Of a stretch of 64,000 nucleotides of DNA, positions 38,501 to 46,337 are shown one piece after another. The notes under the pieces are model-generated. The model made no database searches. It was not told the origin of the DNA and was given only the letters and a program-made list of their open reading frames with translations. The translations under genes were made by a program, and so were the position numbers. The first letter of the stretch is position 1, and the number at the start of each line of letters is the position of its first letter. Origin of the DNA: Chrysemys picta bellii (Eukaryota); NCBI RefSeq assembly GCF_011386835.1, contig NC_088796.1:60698001-60762000 (forward strand), read 5' to 3'.

Positions 38501-41500
38501 TATTCTGCACTGATCCCTTCCTGACTATGCTCTGAATCAAATGCTGTTCTAAACAATGTTATTTTTGATTCAATAGCACTATATATTGGAAATTCTCAAA
38601 ATTCTGTTGAATAGATGTAGAAATATTGTGCTTATTTAAGTGAGAGTAAAGACTTTCAAATGGGCAACACTTACAATGTAGATATTACACATACGAAACT
38701 ACATTAAAAGAATGTTAAAGCTGTAAAGTCAAGTACTGAAAAGTTCAGAAATGCCAGAATTAAGGCTGCATATGCAGTCTGGCAATCAAAATTAGGCCGA
38801 ACTACCAGCTTCACCTGTAATAAGAACATGGGGACCAAGATTTTCAAAAATGAATTCTTAAAAGCATATTTAAGAACCTAAATGCGTAGCATGACTTTCA
38901 AAAAATGCTGAGCATTAATTGCTCTTCCTGATTTCAAAATAGTAGCACTTTTTGAAAATCAGGAAACTGGGTTAGGTCCTTAAATATGCATTTGGGAATC
39001 AATTGTTAAAAATTTCAGCCATATGATTTCAGGGAGCTGCAGCTACACTGGGAACAGAACTATGCTGTCTGAACAGCTTTGTGGATTGGGTGTAAGTGCT
39101 AAGGATGTATTTATTTATTTTTTATTTTTGTCGGTTGGTTTTTTGCTGTAGTTGATCATTTTAGAGTACAATCCCGTGACTCCTTTTGCATTCTATACTC
39201 TGACTAATGATAGTTTCTATTGCAGAAGCCTACAGATGATTCTGCAGCTATTGATGCTCTATCAGGGGACTTTGATAATTGTGCAAAAACTCCTCCCACA
39301 CCACAACACTCAAAGGTAAGACATTTTCTCCCGAAGGATTTGCAAAATAGTATATTTGCATGACCCCCACAGGCGTAGGTTTGCATTACATTTCTTTCAA
39401 ATACAACATCAACATTGTCAGCCCATTTGTTGGGGAGGATAAGGGAGTTGACAGCAGAGATGAAGAAGTAAGAAGAGGATTTGGAATGAAAAATGAATAG
39501 TTCAGTTTGTATAATATTGAGTTTGAGATTGTGGTACGACATTCACTTGGAACGGTCAGAGATGCAGGTGGAGATGTGAGACTGTGTAGATGGGAAAGGC
39601 GGGTGTTAGGGAGGTACATTTGGGAGTCAGGCGCATAGAGATGGTGCTATAGTTAAATCTATAGGAATGGATGCTGCTGCTCTGGAGAATATAGACGGAG
39701 ACGAGGGATTAAATCTGGAATTGGAGAAAAGCACTGTGAAGGTCAAACTTCCTTCATGCTTGCTGTCCCCACCAGTCCACTTGGGCTGTGCCAGCAAAAC
39801 AGCACTCTCATGGCCTTTTGTATCATTGGAAAAATGGATTAATCCTAAATGGCTCATTTTACGTGACCAGAACACGCTGGGTGATTGGGGGATATTGAGT
39901 GCTAAGATTCACGAACTGTGTTAGATTTTCTAGAAGTGATCACTGCTGGCTAAATTAGGCTTCATTTAGTCAACCCCTATAACAATTTATTTGCTCCCGT
40001 TTGCTACCTCTCCCTCCCCTTGATAAATAACCCCCCTAGCTCCCTCACCCACAGCCAGAAGAAATCACATCACCTGAGTTGGTGAAGAGCCTTCGTTCTC
40101 CACTGGCTTCCCACAGTCACAGCACGGTCTCCATGCCAGTTCTTCCCTGCCTCACTCCTGGCAACCTGATGTGATCCACCTCCCCTGCTTGTTTCCAGCC
40201 TCAGGGTCAAATTGGGAACTGGCAGCAGTGAAGGGTGTCACTTTAGGAGCACAGTGTGGGAGAGGTATGGGGATTCTCAGCTGGGAAGAGGCAAGTATGG
40301 TTGAGATTTTGACCACCTGAGAGTCTGAACTCAGCTTGGCGTCCCAGCAGTCAAAAATGAATTTTCCTGCCCAGCACAGGAACTTCTATTGGCCTCCTTG
40401 GAAATTGAGCCAGTTCACAAGTGAACCCTGTGAGTTAGCCGGTTTTCTCAAGATTAAAACATAAAATCCCAATTACTGAGAGGCAGGTACCAGTGATCTC
40501 CCATTTAAAACATTTACTGTGATTCTGCCACGTGATTTCTTTTTTGTTCCATACTGCCAGTAAGAAATGCCCTATTAAACTGAGGGGTACAAAGCAGGAT
40601 ACAATTCCCAAAAAGGGAGGTGATTCTGTTTCTAGAGAGGCCCGCTGACTAAAGTAGAACAATAGGAAGCTGCTTGGTCACCTCCTGGCCTCGGGTTGGA
40701 GACAGAGACAAAGTTTAACTACATCTCTCTTTGCAGTGATGGAGGACTTTTCTCAGGACTCCCCACCATTGATAGGAGAATAAACAACAAAATTCCCTTT
40801 GTTACATGAGTTCAACCATTGCTAAGTACATTAAATAAAATGTATTCCTGAACTGTAAATACTAATTTATTAGTTCTCATTCACTGCTTGAGAATGCATC
40901 TTTTTCATCTCCTCCAAATAACCTTATTTTTTTCTACTAGGACAAGAAATGTGGTTGTTTGGGGCTGTTCTTTGGACTTGTCCCAGATCTCTTAACAGTT
41001 GTTGGCACTGATTTTATGACTCTGTACCCTGACTCATTTAACCACCCTTTCTCACATTATAACTGATTCAAGCGTTCGCCTAATCCTTGAAAGGAACTCT
41101 TTGCCTTGAGTAATCAACAAAGCTACATGAGAGTAACTTATTTCTTTATCTTTCCAAAACTCCTTCTTCCTCAGCATGCGCGCACAACATATACCATACA
41201 TCCTCAGTAAGCCATCTAAGGATACAATGTTTAAATAAATGGTACAAGTCCCATAAAATATAGTTTCTGTCTGTGGAGTGAGGGGCAGATTCTCAGGTGC
41301 AGTGCACCTGCTTTGTACTGAAGATGGAATCTGGCCACATAGCCAATACAATAGGCCAGCAGACAATCAGCTTCATCACTTCTGCCCTTTCTGCTGCCAG
41401 ACAAGGGGGCTCCTCAGTGCTAGACAGGGATCTAGCCCAAATATTCTAGACTCCATTTGATTCTGGAAGACGGTAACTCTTCTTTCTCTTTGTTTGAAAG

Positions 41501-43150
41501 TGAATTTGTTTCTGATGACAGGTGTCAGGATTAGAGGACAAAAGTGGAAAGGAAGCTGCCACCACGAAACCAGCCACAAAGGACGGTGGAAAACCTGAAG
41601 ATCCTAAAACGGTAGAACCAAGTCCTAATATGGATAGGGCTGGATTGTTGAACAATATGAGTGTGGAGATGGGCAACTTGGATCTGGAATCATTTTATTT
41701 GGGCATTAGAGTTTGGGGAAAGTGTTCTCAAATAATAGGTTCTGTTTGACTCACTTTTGTATGTATGCAAGGGAGTGGCACTTAACTATTTCAGGAGATG
41801 TTGTGGACCTGCTTTGGCTTAAAAAAGTGTCTGCTTCAAAAGAGGGTAAATCCCATACAGCATACCAGGTAGATGTGGGCTCTGTGTATTCATATGTTCC
41901 TCAAGACACTCAGACTCCTCATTCTCACCTTCAGAGCTTCTTGCCCACAGCCCTGTTCTTGTCTGTCGCTGCCCTCCTCAGCCCACTCCCTTTGTCTACT
42001 TCTCTCACTTGTGATTCCACCCTTTCTTTCATCTCCTCTGTCTGGAGCAACCTTTCTCCTCTCCTGCTTCCAGTAACCTTATTCTCCCATGTCAAGTCCC
42101 TCGTCTTCTCCTCGTTGGTCATATGTTTTATGTAATCATTAAATAAAAGAATCTGTGCCTGTATATAAATACGTATGCAGAATGAATTTGGTGGAGAGGG
42201 AAGGTGTGTTAATTTTTTATATAGTGCATGTCTATAGATGGATATATACTTTAATATGAGCAAAACAGCAGAAAGGACCCAAATGTTGCTTGGATTTTCA
42301 GCAACCCATAAAGGATCATAAAAACTGGAATTAGACATGGAAAAGACCTAGCCAAGTTAGTAAACTGATCCATCCATTTATTCCTTTGAGCCAGACTTAT
42401 AACATCATGTATATCATATTTTTTCAGTGATTGTGATGAACAGCATTTTTCTTTACCAGGAAATTTGCTTTCCAAGGCTTTTATTTAACAACAGTTGAAC
42501 TGACTAGCAAATTTAGATTTAAAAGCATTGCATCAGGAACATTTTATATTACCAGTTAGGAGGACATTTTCTAACGTTAAAAGTTGTCTGGCTGCCGATA
42601 GCTATAGCCTATAGCTATGGCCCAGTAGATGTCAAGATAATAGTGAGGGAGGAGATCAGCCACACATACCAAAATAAAATATGGGATAGGGAAAAATAAG
42701 GAAAAATGGACCCATATCACCCTCCCTGGTTGAACTAACCTCGTTATCTCCATACTGATTTATACCTGCCTCTGGAGATTTCCATTACTTGCATCTGAAG
42801 AAGTGAGGTTCTTACCCACGAAAGCTTATGCTCCCAATACTTCTGTTAGTCTTAAAGGTGCCACAGGACCCTCTGTTGCTTTTTACAGATTCAGACTAAC
42901 ACGGCTACCCCTCTGTTATTTTGCTGAATGATCGCCTTTTTTCCCTCCCTGTTACTGCTAATTAGCATGTCTCACAGATGCAGATCATTTAGATGCTGTC
43001 ATTATCACTTCTAATCTATCATTGTTATGTTATTTTAATTTCTAATCTGAAACAGTAAATTATAGCTCATCCATGCTTTATTTTACTTTTCCTTTTTAGG
43101 CAAAGGAGCAGTCCTCCAGTGTGAAACCTGAGAGCCAAAAAACAAGTTAA
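719..43150 (+). CDS. CAST: Calpastatin, multi-exon CDS, 5'-partial (26 coding exons, 724 aa + stop in window)
   Basis: 26 GT-AG exons join in one open frame. Four repeats of subdomains A/B/C (e.g. [76 protein letters not shown]). Tail-to-tail with ERAP1 as in mammals. Confidence 0.97.
2114..2170 (+). CDS. CAST: CAST L-domain exon ([19 protein letters not shown])
   Basis: cag/gtgagt, 57 nt, phase 0. Confidence 0.85.
2294..2410 (+). CDS. CAST: CAST L-domain exon (AKSPSKPS...SSIEEPK)
   Basis: cag/gtaaag, 117 nt, phase 0. Confidence 0.88.
3008..3556. mobile_element. PIF/Harbinger-like MITE
   Basis: TIRs gggtatgtctgcactgcaatgtaag / cttacattgcagtgtaaacataccc; 3-bp ttt flanks on both sides. Confidence 0.7.
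3800..4380. mobile_element. hAT non-autonomous element with four internal palindromes
   Basis: TIR cagggctggctctag / ctagagccggccctg; 8-bp TSD ctgatggg / cttatggg (7 of 8 match). Confidence 0.85.
4535..4817. mobile_element. Harbinger-like MITE
   Basis: gggtatgtctacactgca ... tgcagtatagaggtatcc degenerate TIRs. Confidence 0.6.
5470..5496. repeat. (GA)n microsatellite
   Basis: Direct reading. Confidence 0.9.
5488..5703. mobile_element. Penelope-like pseudo-LTR with inverted copy (about 85-bp-arm hairpin)
   Basis: 5488-5577 is the reverse complement of 5583-5667; contains a hammerhead-like motif. Confidence 0.65.
5547..5584 (-). ncRNA. Minimal type I hammerhead ribozyme-like motif
   Basis: Minus strand reads GC-CUGAAGA-A-GAGCU-GUGCGUA-AGCUU-GAAA-GC-UU-GUC. 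Confidence 0.55.
6345..6449 (+). CDS. CAST: CAST L-domain exon ([35 protein letters not shown])
   Basis: polypyrimidine-ctag/gtaggt, 105 nt, phase 0. Confidence 0.88.
6542..6610 (+). CDS. CAST: CAST exon ([23 protein letters not shown])
   Basis: ttttttcag/gtaggt, 69 nt, phase 0. Confidence 0.88.
8013..8111 (+). CDS. CAST: CAST domain 1 subdomain A exon ([16 protein letters not shown]...YTGPEIT)
   Basis: ctag/gtattg, 99 nt; [11 protein letters not shown] and YTGPE motifs. Confidence 0.96.
8695..9123 (+). mobile_element. Solo LTR-like element
   Basis: GC-richer block with TATA-like tttaaaa (8780), AATAAA (9047) and ...ttaca end; no TSD found. Confidence 0.45.
9227..9307 (+). CDS. CAST: CAST domain 1 subdomain B exon ([27 protein letters not shown])
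   Basis: gcag/gtaagt, 81 nt; inhibitory B motif. Confidence 0.96.
9399..9452 (+). CDS. CAST: CAST linker exon ([18 protein letters not shown])
   Basis: ttcag/gtaacg, 54 nt, phase 0. Confidence 0.88.
9793..10068 (-). mobile_element. CR1 LINE 3' fragment
   Basis: cataagaa...catctagtccagtatcctgtc... reversed CR1 3' end. Confidence 0.7.
10088..10421. mobile_element. Palindromic hAT MITE
   Basis: TIR cagggatcggcaac / gttgctgatccctg; perfect 8-bp TSD GACTAGAG. Confidence 0.9.
10661..10756 (+). CDS. CAST: CAST domain 1 subdomain C exon ([18 protein letters not shown]...)
   Basis: ttag/gtattg, 96 nt; DALSSDFTC motif. Confidence 0.96.
10859..10954 (+). CDS. CAST: CAST linker exon ([32 protein letters not shown])
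   Basis: acag/gtatag, 96 nt; resembles human AQSAGTVRSAAPPQEKK. Confidence 0.93.
11030..11162. mobile_element. Short palindromic MITE-like repeat (similar ones at 28757-28826, 49580-49706, 57502-57566)
   Basis: gggcctgaacctg / caggattgggcc termini. Confidence 0.45.
11682..11783 (+). CDS. CAST: CAST domain 2 subdomain A exon ([16 protein letters not shown]...[10 protein letters not shown])
   Basis: ccag/gtataa, 102 nt. Confidence 0.94.
11874..12676 (-). mobile_element. 5'-truncated RTE-clade LINE (RT C-terminus and 3'UTR)
   Basis: ORF 12177-12641 ([34 protein letters not shown]) continues in frame through stops ([18 protein letters not shown]); (TAAG)n tail; 13-bp TSD aagaacttactta at 11874 and 12664. 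Confidence 0.9.
13723..13806 (+). CDS. CAST: CAST domain 2 subdomain B exon ([28 protein letters not shown])
   Basis: ttcag/gtaatt, 84 nt; TIPPEYR. Confidence 0.96.
15373..15420 (+). CDS. CAST: CAST linker exon ([16 protein letters not shown])
   Basis: gcag/gttaga, 48 nt; DKDGKPLLP. Confidence 0.95.
15640..16040 (-). mobile_element. LTR-like fragment
   Basis: Composition and cacatttattcttaag (AATAAA on -) pattern typical of LTR remnants; boundaries approximate. Confidence 0.35.
16120..16414. mobile_element. Harbinger-like MITE
   Basis: aggcctaatctacact ... agtagacatagcct termini. Confidence 0.55.
16721..16825 (+). CDS. CAST: CAST domain 2 subdomain C exon ([15 protein letters not shown]...)
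   Basis: gcag/gtaagt, 105 nt. Confidence 0.95.
17121..17222 (+). CDS. CAST: CAST linker exon ([16 protein letters not shown]...TTTS)
   Basis: ttcag/gtgagt, 102 nt. Confidence 0.92.
17771..18513. mobile_element. hAT-like non-autonomous element
   Basis: tagagccataccaaattca / tgaatttggtagggcccta TIRs; related to 45124-45618. Confidence 0.7.
18696..18797 (+). CDS. CAST: CAST domain 3 subdomain A exon ([23 protein letters not shown]...VDKVK)
   Basis: gtag/gtatta, 102 nt. Confidence 0.95.
18873..19056. mobile_element. Truncated hAT MITE (same family as 53031-53363)
   Basis: Left arm caggggtcgggaacgttcggcac... nearly identical to the 53031 copy. Confidence 0.8.
19851..19884. repeat. (TTC)n microsatellite inside the RTE ORF
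   Basis: Direct reading. Confidence 0.9.
21181..21961. mobile_element. Tc1/mariner Tigger-like non-autonomous element
   Basis: TIR cagtaactccccacttaac / cattaagtgaggagttactg; TA TSD; removing it restores the RTE frame QTYRNL. Confidence 0.9.
23928..24011 (+). CDS. CAST: CAST domain 3 subdomain B exon ([28 protein letters not shown])
   Basis: ttag/gtaatt, 84 nt. Confidence 0.96.
24737..24784 (+). CDS. CAST: CAST linker exon ([16 protein letters not shown])
   Basis: gtag/gtcagt, 48 nt. Confidence 0.95.
24978..25070 (+). CDS. CAST: CAST domain 3 subdomain C exon ([16 protein letters not shown]...)
   Basis: atag/gtaaga, 93 nt. Confidence 0.95.
25660..25761 (+). CDS. CAST: CAST linker exon ([16 protein letters not shown]...PAATP)
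   Basis: ttag/gtaagc, 102 nt. Confidence 0.92.
26601..27079. mobile_element. hAT (Blackjack-like) MITE
   Basis: TIR tagggttaccata / tatggtaacccta; flanking duplication GGTAAGC. Confidence 0.85.
27350..27610. mobile_element. Harbinger-like MITE, degenerate
   Basis: tacgctgcagtaaaaaa / tttttattactgtgtag inverted ends. Confidence 0.45.
27934..28035 (+). CDS. CAST: CAST domain 4 subdomain A exon ([23 protein letters not shown]...VDKVK)
   Basis: ctag/gtattg, 102 nt. Confidence 0.95.
30101..32606 (+). pseudogene. DIRS ORF1 (gag-like; N-terminal Cys-rich finger), frameshifted
   Basis: [34 protein letters not shown] / CKICKSF; C-terminal [11 protein letters not shown]... segment ending TGA at 32606. 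Confidence 0.8.
32600..34420 (+). pseudogene. DIRS ORF2: reverse transcriptase, RNase H and Dam-like methyltransferase, disrupted
   Basis: [27 protein letters not shown] (33249-33260), [31 protein letters not shown] (34283-34297), PAWPRQHWF. Confidence 0.9.
34420..35522 (+). pseudogene. DIRS ORF3: tyrosine recombinase, disrupted
   Basis: [41 protein letters not shown]. Confidence 0.9.
35560..35657 (+). repeat. DIRS internal complementary region (ICR)
   Basis: First half complementary to the element's left end, second half to its right end, joined at AAA (35598-35600). Confidence 0.9.
36771..36863 (+). CDS. CAST: CAST domain 4 subdomain B exon ([31 protein letters not shown])
   Basis: ttag/gtaaac, 93 nt. 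Confidence 0.96.
37475..38126. mobile_element. hAT (Blackjack-like) element
   Basis: tagcatgaccag / ctggtcacccta termini; perfect 8-bp TSD GTCCCAGC. Confidence 0.85.
38428..38481 (+). CDS. CAST: CAST linker exon ([18 protein letters not shown])
   Basis: taag/gtaaaa, 54 nt. Confidence 0.9.
39226..39315 (+). CDS. CAST: CAST domain 4 subdomain C exon ([19 protein letters not shown]...)
   Basis: gcag/gtaaga, 90 nt; IDALSGD. Confidence 0.95.
39385..39720 (-). mobile_element. Old L2 LINE RT fragment
   Basis: Residual peptide [18 protein letters not shown] similar to L2 WMxxNxLKLNxxKTE. Confidence 0.6.
41522..41611 (+). CDS. CAST: CAST C-terminal exon ([30 protein letters not shown])
   Basis: acag acceptor after a pyrimidine tract and gtagaa donor. 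An in-frame alternative acceptor would start the exon at 41537, so the 5' boundary is uncertain. Confidence 0.8.
41860..42150 (+). mobile_element. Old L2-like 3' fragment
   Basis: Pyrimidine-rich L2-like 3' sequence ending aaataaaa. Confidence 0.4.
42718..42917 (+). mobile_element. Penelope-like element 3' end / pseudo-LTR
   Basis: Shares gttatctcc...tatacctgcctctgga...ttagtc..aaggtgccacagga...cagactaacacggctacccctctg with 46020-46217. Confidence 0.75.
42791..42831 (+). ncRNA. Minimal type I hammerhead ribozyme motif (Penelope-type)
   Basis: GCAU-CUGAAGA-A-GUGAG-guucuua-CCCAC-GAAA-GC-UU-AUGC: core, stem II, palindromic AAGCUU, stem I GCAU/AUGC. Confidence 0.65.
43100..43150 (+). CDS. CAST: CAST last coding exon ([16 protein letters not shown]); exon continues to a donor at 43171
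   Basis: ttttag acceptor, TAA at 43148-43150, gtaaga donor at 43172. Confidence 0.88.
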   Translation, partial: AKEQSSSVKPESQKTS

Positions 43151-43516
43151 ACTTTAATATTACAGTATTGGGTAAGATTTCTCTTAGTTACCACAAAGAC
43201 AATCTACATTAATGAGATGAGACCATTTCACAAGGCCAGCTGGAACCAAATTGTAGTTCACTTTTAGACCAAATACGCAGGACTTCACTGTAGAGAATCC
43301 TAGACAGGAAAGCCCTGCTATCTCCTCTAGCACACGCTCCTCTCACCTCCCTCCAAACCAGAACAGAATTGCTTCCTGCAATTAATTTTCAAGAGCTTTT
43401 GGATAGTTTAATTTTAAAGGTCTCAGGTGATGCCACTGCTTCCTTTGTGAGACCATTTCACAGACTAATAACCCTCACTGTCAAAAAGTTATTCCTAATA
43501 TTCTATATAAACAGTC

Positions 43517-45009
43517 TTTCTTCTTCGAGTGCTGGTCCCTTGGTGTATTTCATCGTGGGCACGCATGTGCTCCATGTGGCCGGAGAAGTTTGAAAACAGT
43601 GTCCGTTGGTCTACACATGCACACTTGCTCACCCCATGCCTCCGACTGAGGAGATAAAGAGGTGGTGGTGGGGGCGGGGAGCAGACTGACCGTCTCTCCA
43701 GTTCCTTCTCCGCACCACATGGGTCCAGGCTGGAACCTCCAGTGTCCAAAGCTTCAGCTTTCTCCTTTTTCTGTGAACATATCTATGTCTATTTATCGGT
43801 AAATAGTTTTTGAAGTGTTTATAGTTTTATCTGATAACCATAAGACACTAAAGCTAGTTAGCCGCCCTGTCGTGAGGAGCCCCACCTACCGTTCTTCATT
43901 TGGGGTACTGGACTATGCCCAGGACTTCAAAATTTGTGCTTCCTGCTCGTGATCCTTCTCGGTCAGCGACAACCACCAACACTGTATGCACCGCCTCGGG
44001 AAAGCCCACAACGCGCCACCTTCCGCTATCTGGTATTAGTTCCCCAGTCATACGCACAAACGGCAGGAACATCACTTTAGGAAGCACCTAATAAAAAGGC
44101 CATGAGGCCGCAATCGGACCCAGGCCAGGGAACCCTCTCATCCCACCCTGTACATCTGCCTGACTCAGCAACGAGTGTGCCTCGTGCCACGAGATCCAAT
44201 TCAGGAGCGAGGGAGTCAACCCCCACGTATGCCTCGTTGGCGTCTTGTCGAGAGAGCAGGAAGTGTTCTCACAGGCATGAATCTAAATCCTCCTTCAAAT
44301 GCACTTTGAAGAAATCAGATTCAACCCCTGCCTAAACTGAACAAGTCTCTGAGCTCAGCGCAAGAGAACTTAGTATGTCCTAACTCTTAAGGGTATGACA
44401 AGAGAGACCAAAAGTCTAGGGCTCCATTAGCACTGAATCGTGACTGGGCAGCAGTGGTGCCTCCTTTACCACCCAAACATAAACCCTAGGCTCTGTTGGC
44501 ACCAGTGAAGAGCAGTCACCAAGAGCATCAGTTATCTGCGGTACTGACTTTGTCTGCCATGGCTGTGACACAGACTGTCTCTGCTGTGACTCCTCTAGTT
44601 CAGGCAGACAGGACCCCTCACGTTCTGGGAAGAGCTGAGACCTTCGCTCCTCCTGAGGACATCTTCGCTTTCCCAGGTTCAGTGTCTCCTGCTCCATTGG
44701 GTCACTCCCTCTCGTCCATCCACACATTGTGCGTTTGACTCCTCCGCTGATGCATCCTTTGTAATGGCAGTCCTTCGTTCGGCTCGGCCATCTGCATCTT
44801 TGCACCCTTCTCCTATTTGAGTACAGCTGTCAGTCACCCACAGCAGAATACACAGAGGGACCAGCACTCGCAGAAGAAGAGAAAGATACTTGCCTTATAG
44901 TAACTGGAGGTGCTTTGATCCGTGTGTTGCCTATCTGTATTCCACTACCTGCCCTAGGGACCCCATCTTGAATAACCTCCGGTTACTATAAGATAAGTAA
45001 CTTCCTCTT
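43517..45009 (+). mobile_element. Internally deleted DIRS element (second subfamily)
   Basis: Left end tttcttcttcgagtgctggtccct; gag remnant DFKICASC...DNHQHC; ICR about 44856-44940; right end gaataacctccggttactataagataagtaac. Confidence 0.85.
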
Positions 45010-45123
45010 ATCTCTTTATTCCTAGATATACCCTCTTGTATGATGATACTTTATCTTGTTATTTACACCCTTAAAATAGCCACAGACAATTATATTAATT
45101 CTTATTCATCAATTAGTTATATG

Positions 45124-45618
45124 TAAGGCCCTATCAAATTCCCAATCCATTTTGGTCAGTTTCATGGCCAGAGGGATTTAAAATTAGTTGATTTCATGTT
45201 TTCAGATGTTTACATCTGAACTTTCATGGTGGTGAAACCGTGGGGACCTGACCCAAAAGGAGGTCGTGGGGGAGGGGTTGCCAAGCTGTTACAGGAGGTT
45301 GTGGGATTGCCATTCTCAGTTCTGCGCTGCCTTCAGAGCTGGCTCTGAAGGCAGCGTAGAAGTGAGAGCTTCCTGCAGCTGGTGGAGGTACCTGGAGATG
45401 GGTCTGATCTCCCCCTGAGAGCAGCCATGCAGGGGAAGAGGAAGTCCTATCCCTCCCCAGACCAGCCAGGATTAGCAGCTGGAGCCTGGTAGGAGCCTCC
45501 AGCTGGGGTGCCCCAAGCCCTGCCCCTGCCACTCCCTTCTAATAGCTAGATATCATAGGGAGGTCTGCTTTCATGGTCCTTGGCATCTTTTTCAAGGCTG
45601 TGAATTTGCTAGGCCCTA
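45124..45618. mobile_element. hAT-like non-autonomous element
   Basis: taaggccctatcaaattc / gaatttgctaggcccta TIRs. Confidence 0.7.
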
Positions 45619-45914
45619 GTTATATGGTGTATATTTAGACCTTTTAATCTTTCCTCATAATATTGTCCTCAAAGCCTTTAATCATGTTTGTTGCTCTCTG
45701 AGTCCCTTCTAACATGTTGATCTATGTGTCATTCATGTCCAATGTGAGAGAGTTTATCTTCAATGGAGCCAGGATTTCATCCATAGACAGGATTATCACT
45801 TTTGTATGTGCAGCCCAATGCCACCCTTTGTTTCTTTTTGCATTAGTACACTACAAATGATAATACCTAAATCACTTTTGGTAGAATTCCAGGAAGAAGT
45901 AATTTCTCTGTGTT

Positions 45915-46217
45915 AAACGACAAAGTCTTGTGGCACTTTATAGACTAACAGAAGTATTGGAGCATAAGCTTTCGTGTGTCTCCTCCCTTGGTGTTCACAC
46001 CTCAACTGTTAGAAGAGGGCCTCATCCTCCCTGATTGAACTGACCTTGTTATCTCCAGACTGATTCTTGCCTGCATATTTATACCTGCCTCTGGAAACTT
46101 CCACCACATGCGTCTGAGGAAGTGGGTATTCACCCACTTCTGCTAGTCTATAAGGTGCCACAGGACTCTTCATTGCTTTTTACAGATCCAGACTAACACG
46201 GCTACCCCTCTGATACT
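45915..46217 (+). mobile_element. Penelope-like insertion with inverted partial pLTR
   Basis: 45915-45976 is inverted relative to the pLTR; 12-bp TSD TTTCTCTGTGTT at 45903 and 46218. Confidence 0.8.
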
Positions 46218-46337
46218 TTTCTCTGTGTTGTGTATTATTCTCAGATAAAGTGGCTTATGTTTTTCAAGTTGAATTTCCTTTTACATGACAGATGTTTCAC
46301 TGAATTTCTTCTCTGGAACCTTTTTTTTTTCTTCTAG

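Larger units (their letters stand above)
43370..45900 (-). mobile_element. CR1 LINE fragment split by DIRS and hAT insertions (pieces 43370-43516, 45010-45123, 45619-45900)
   Basis: Colinear reversed CR1-type sequence (cactgtcaaaaagttattccta; ctagatataccctc; ttttaatctttcctcata...tttgttgctct). Confidence 0.55.
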
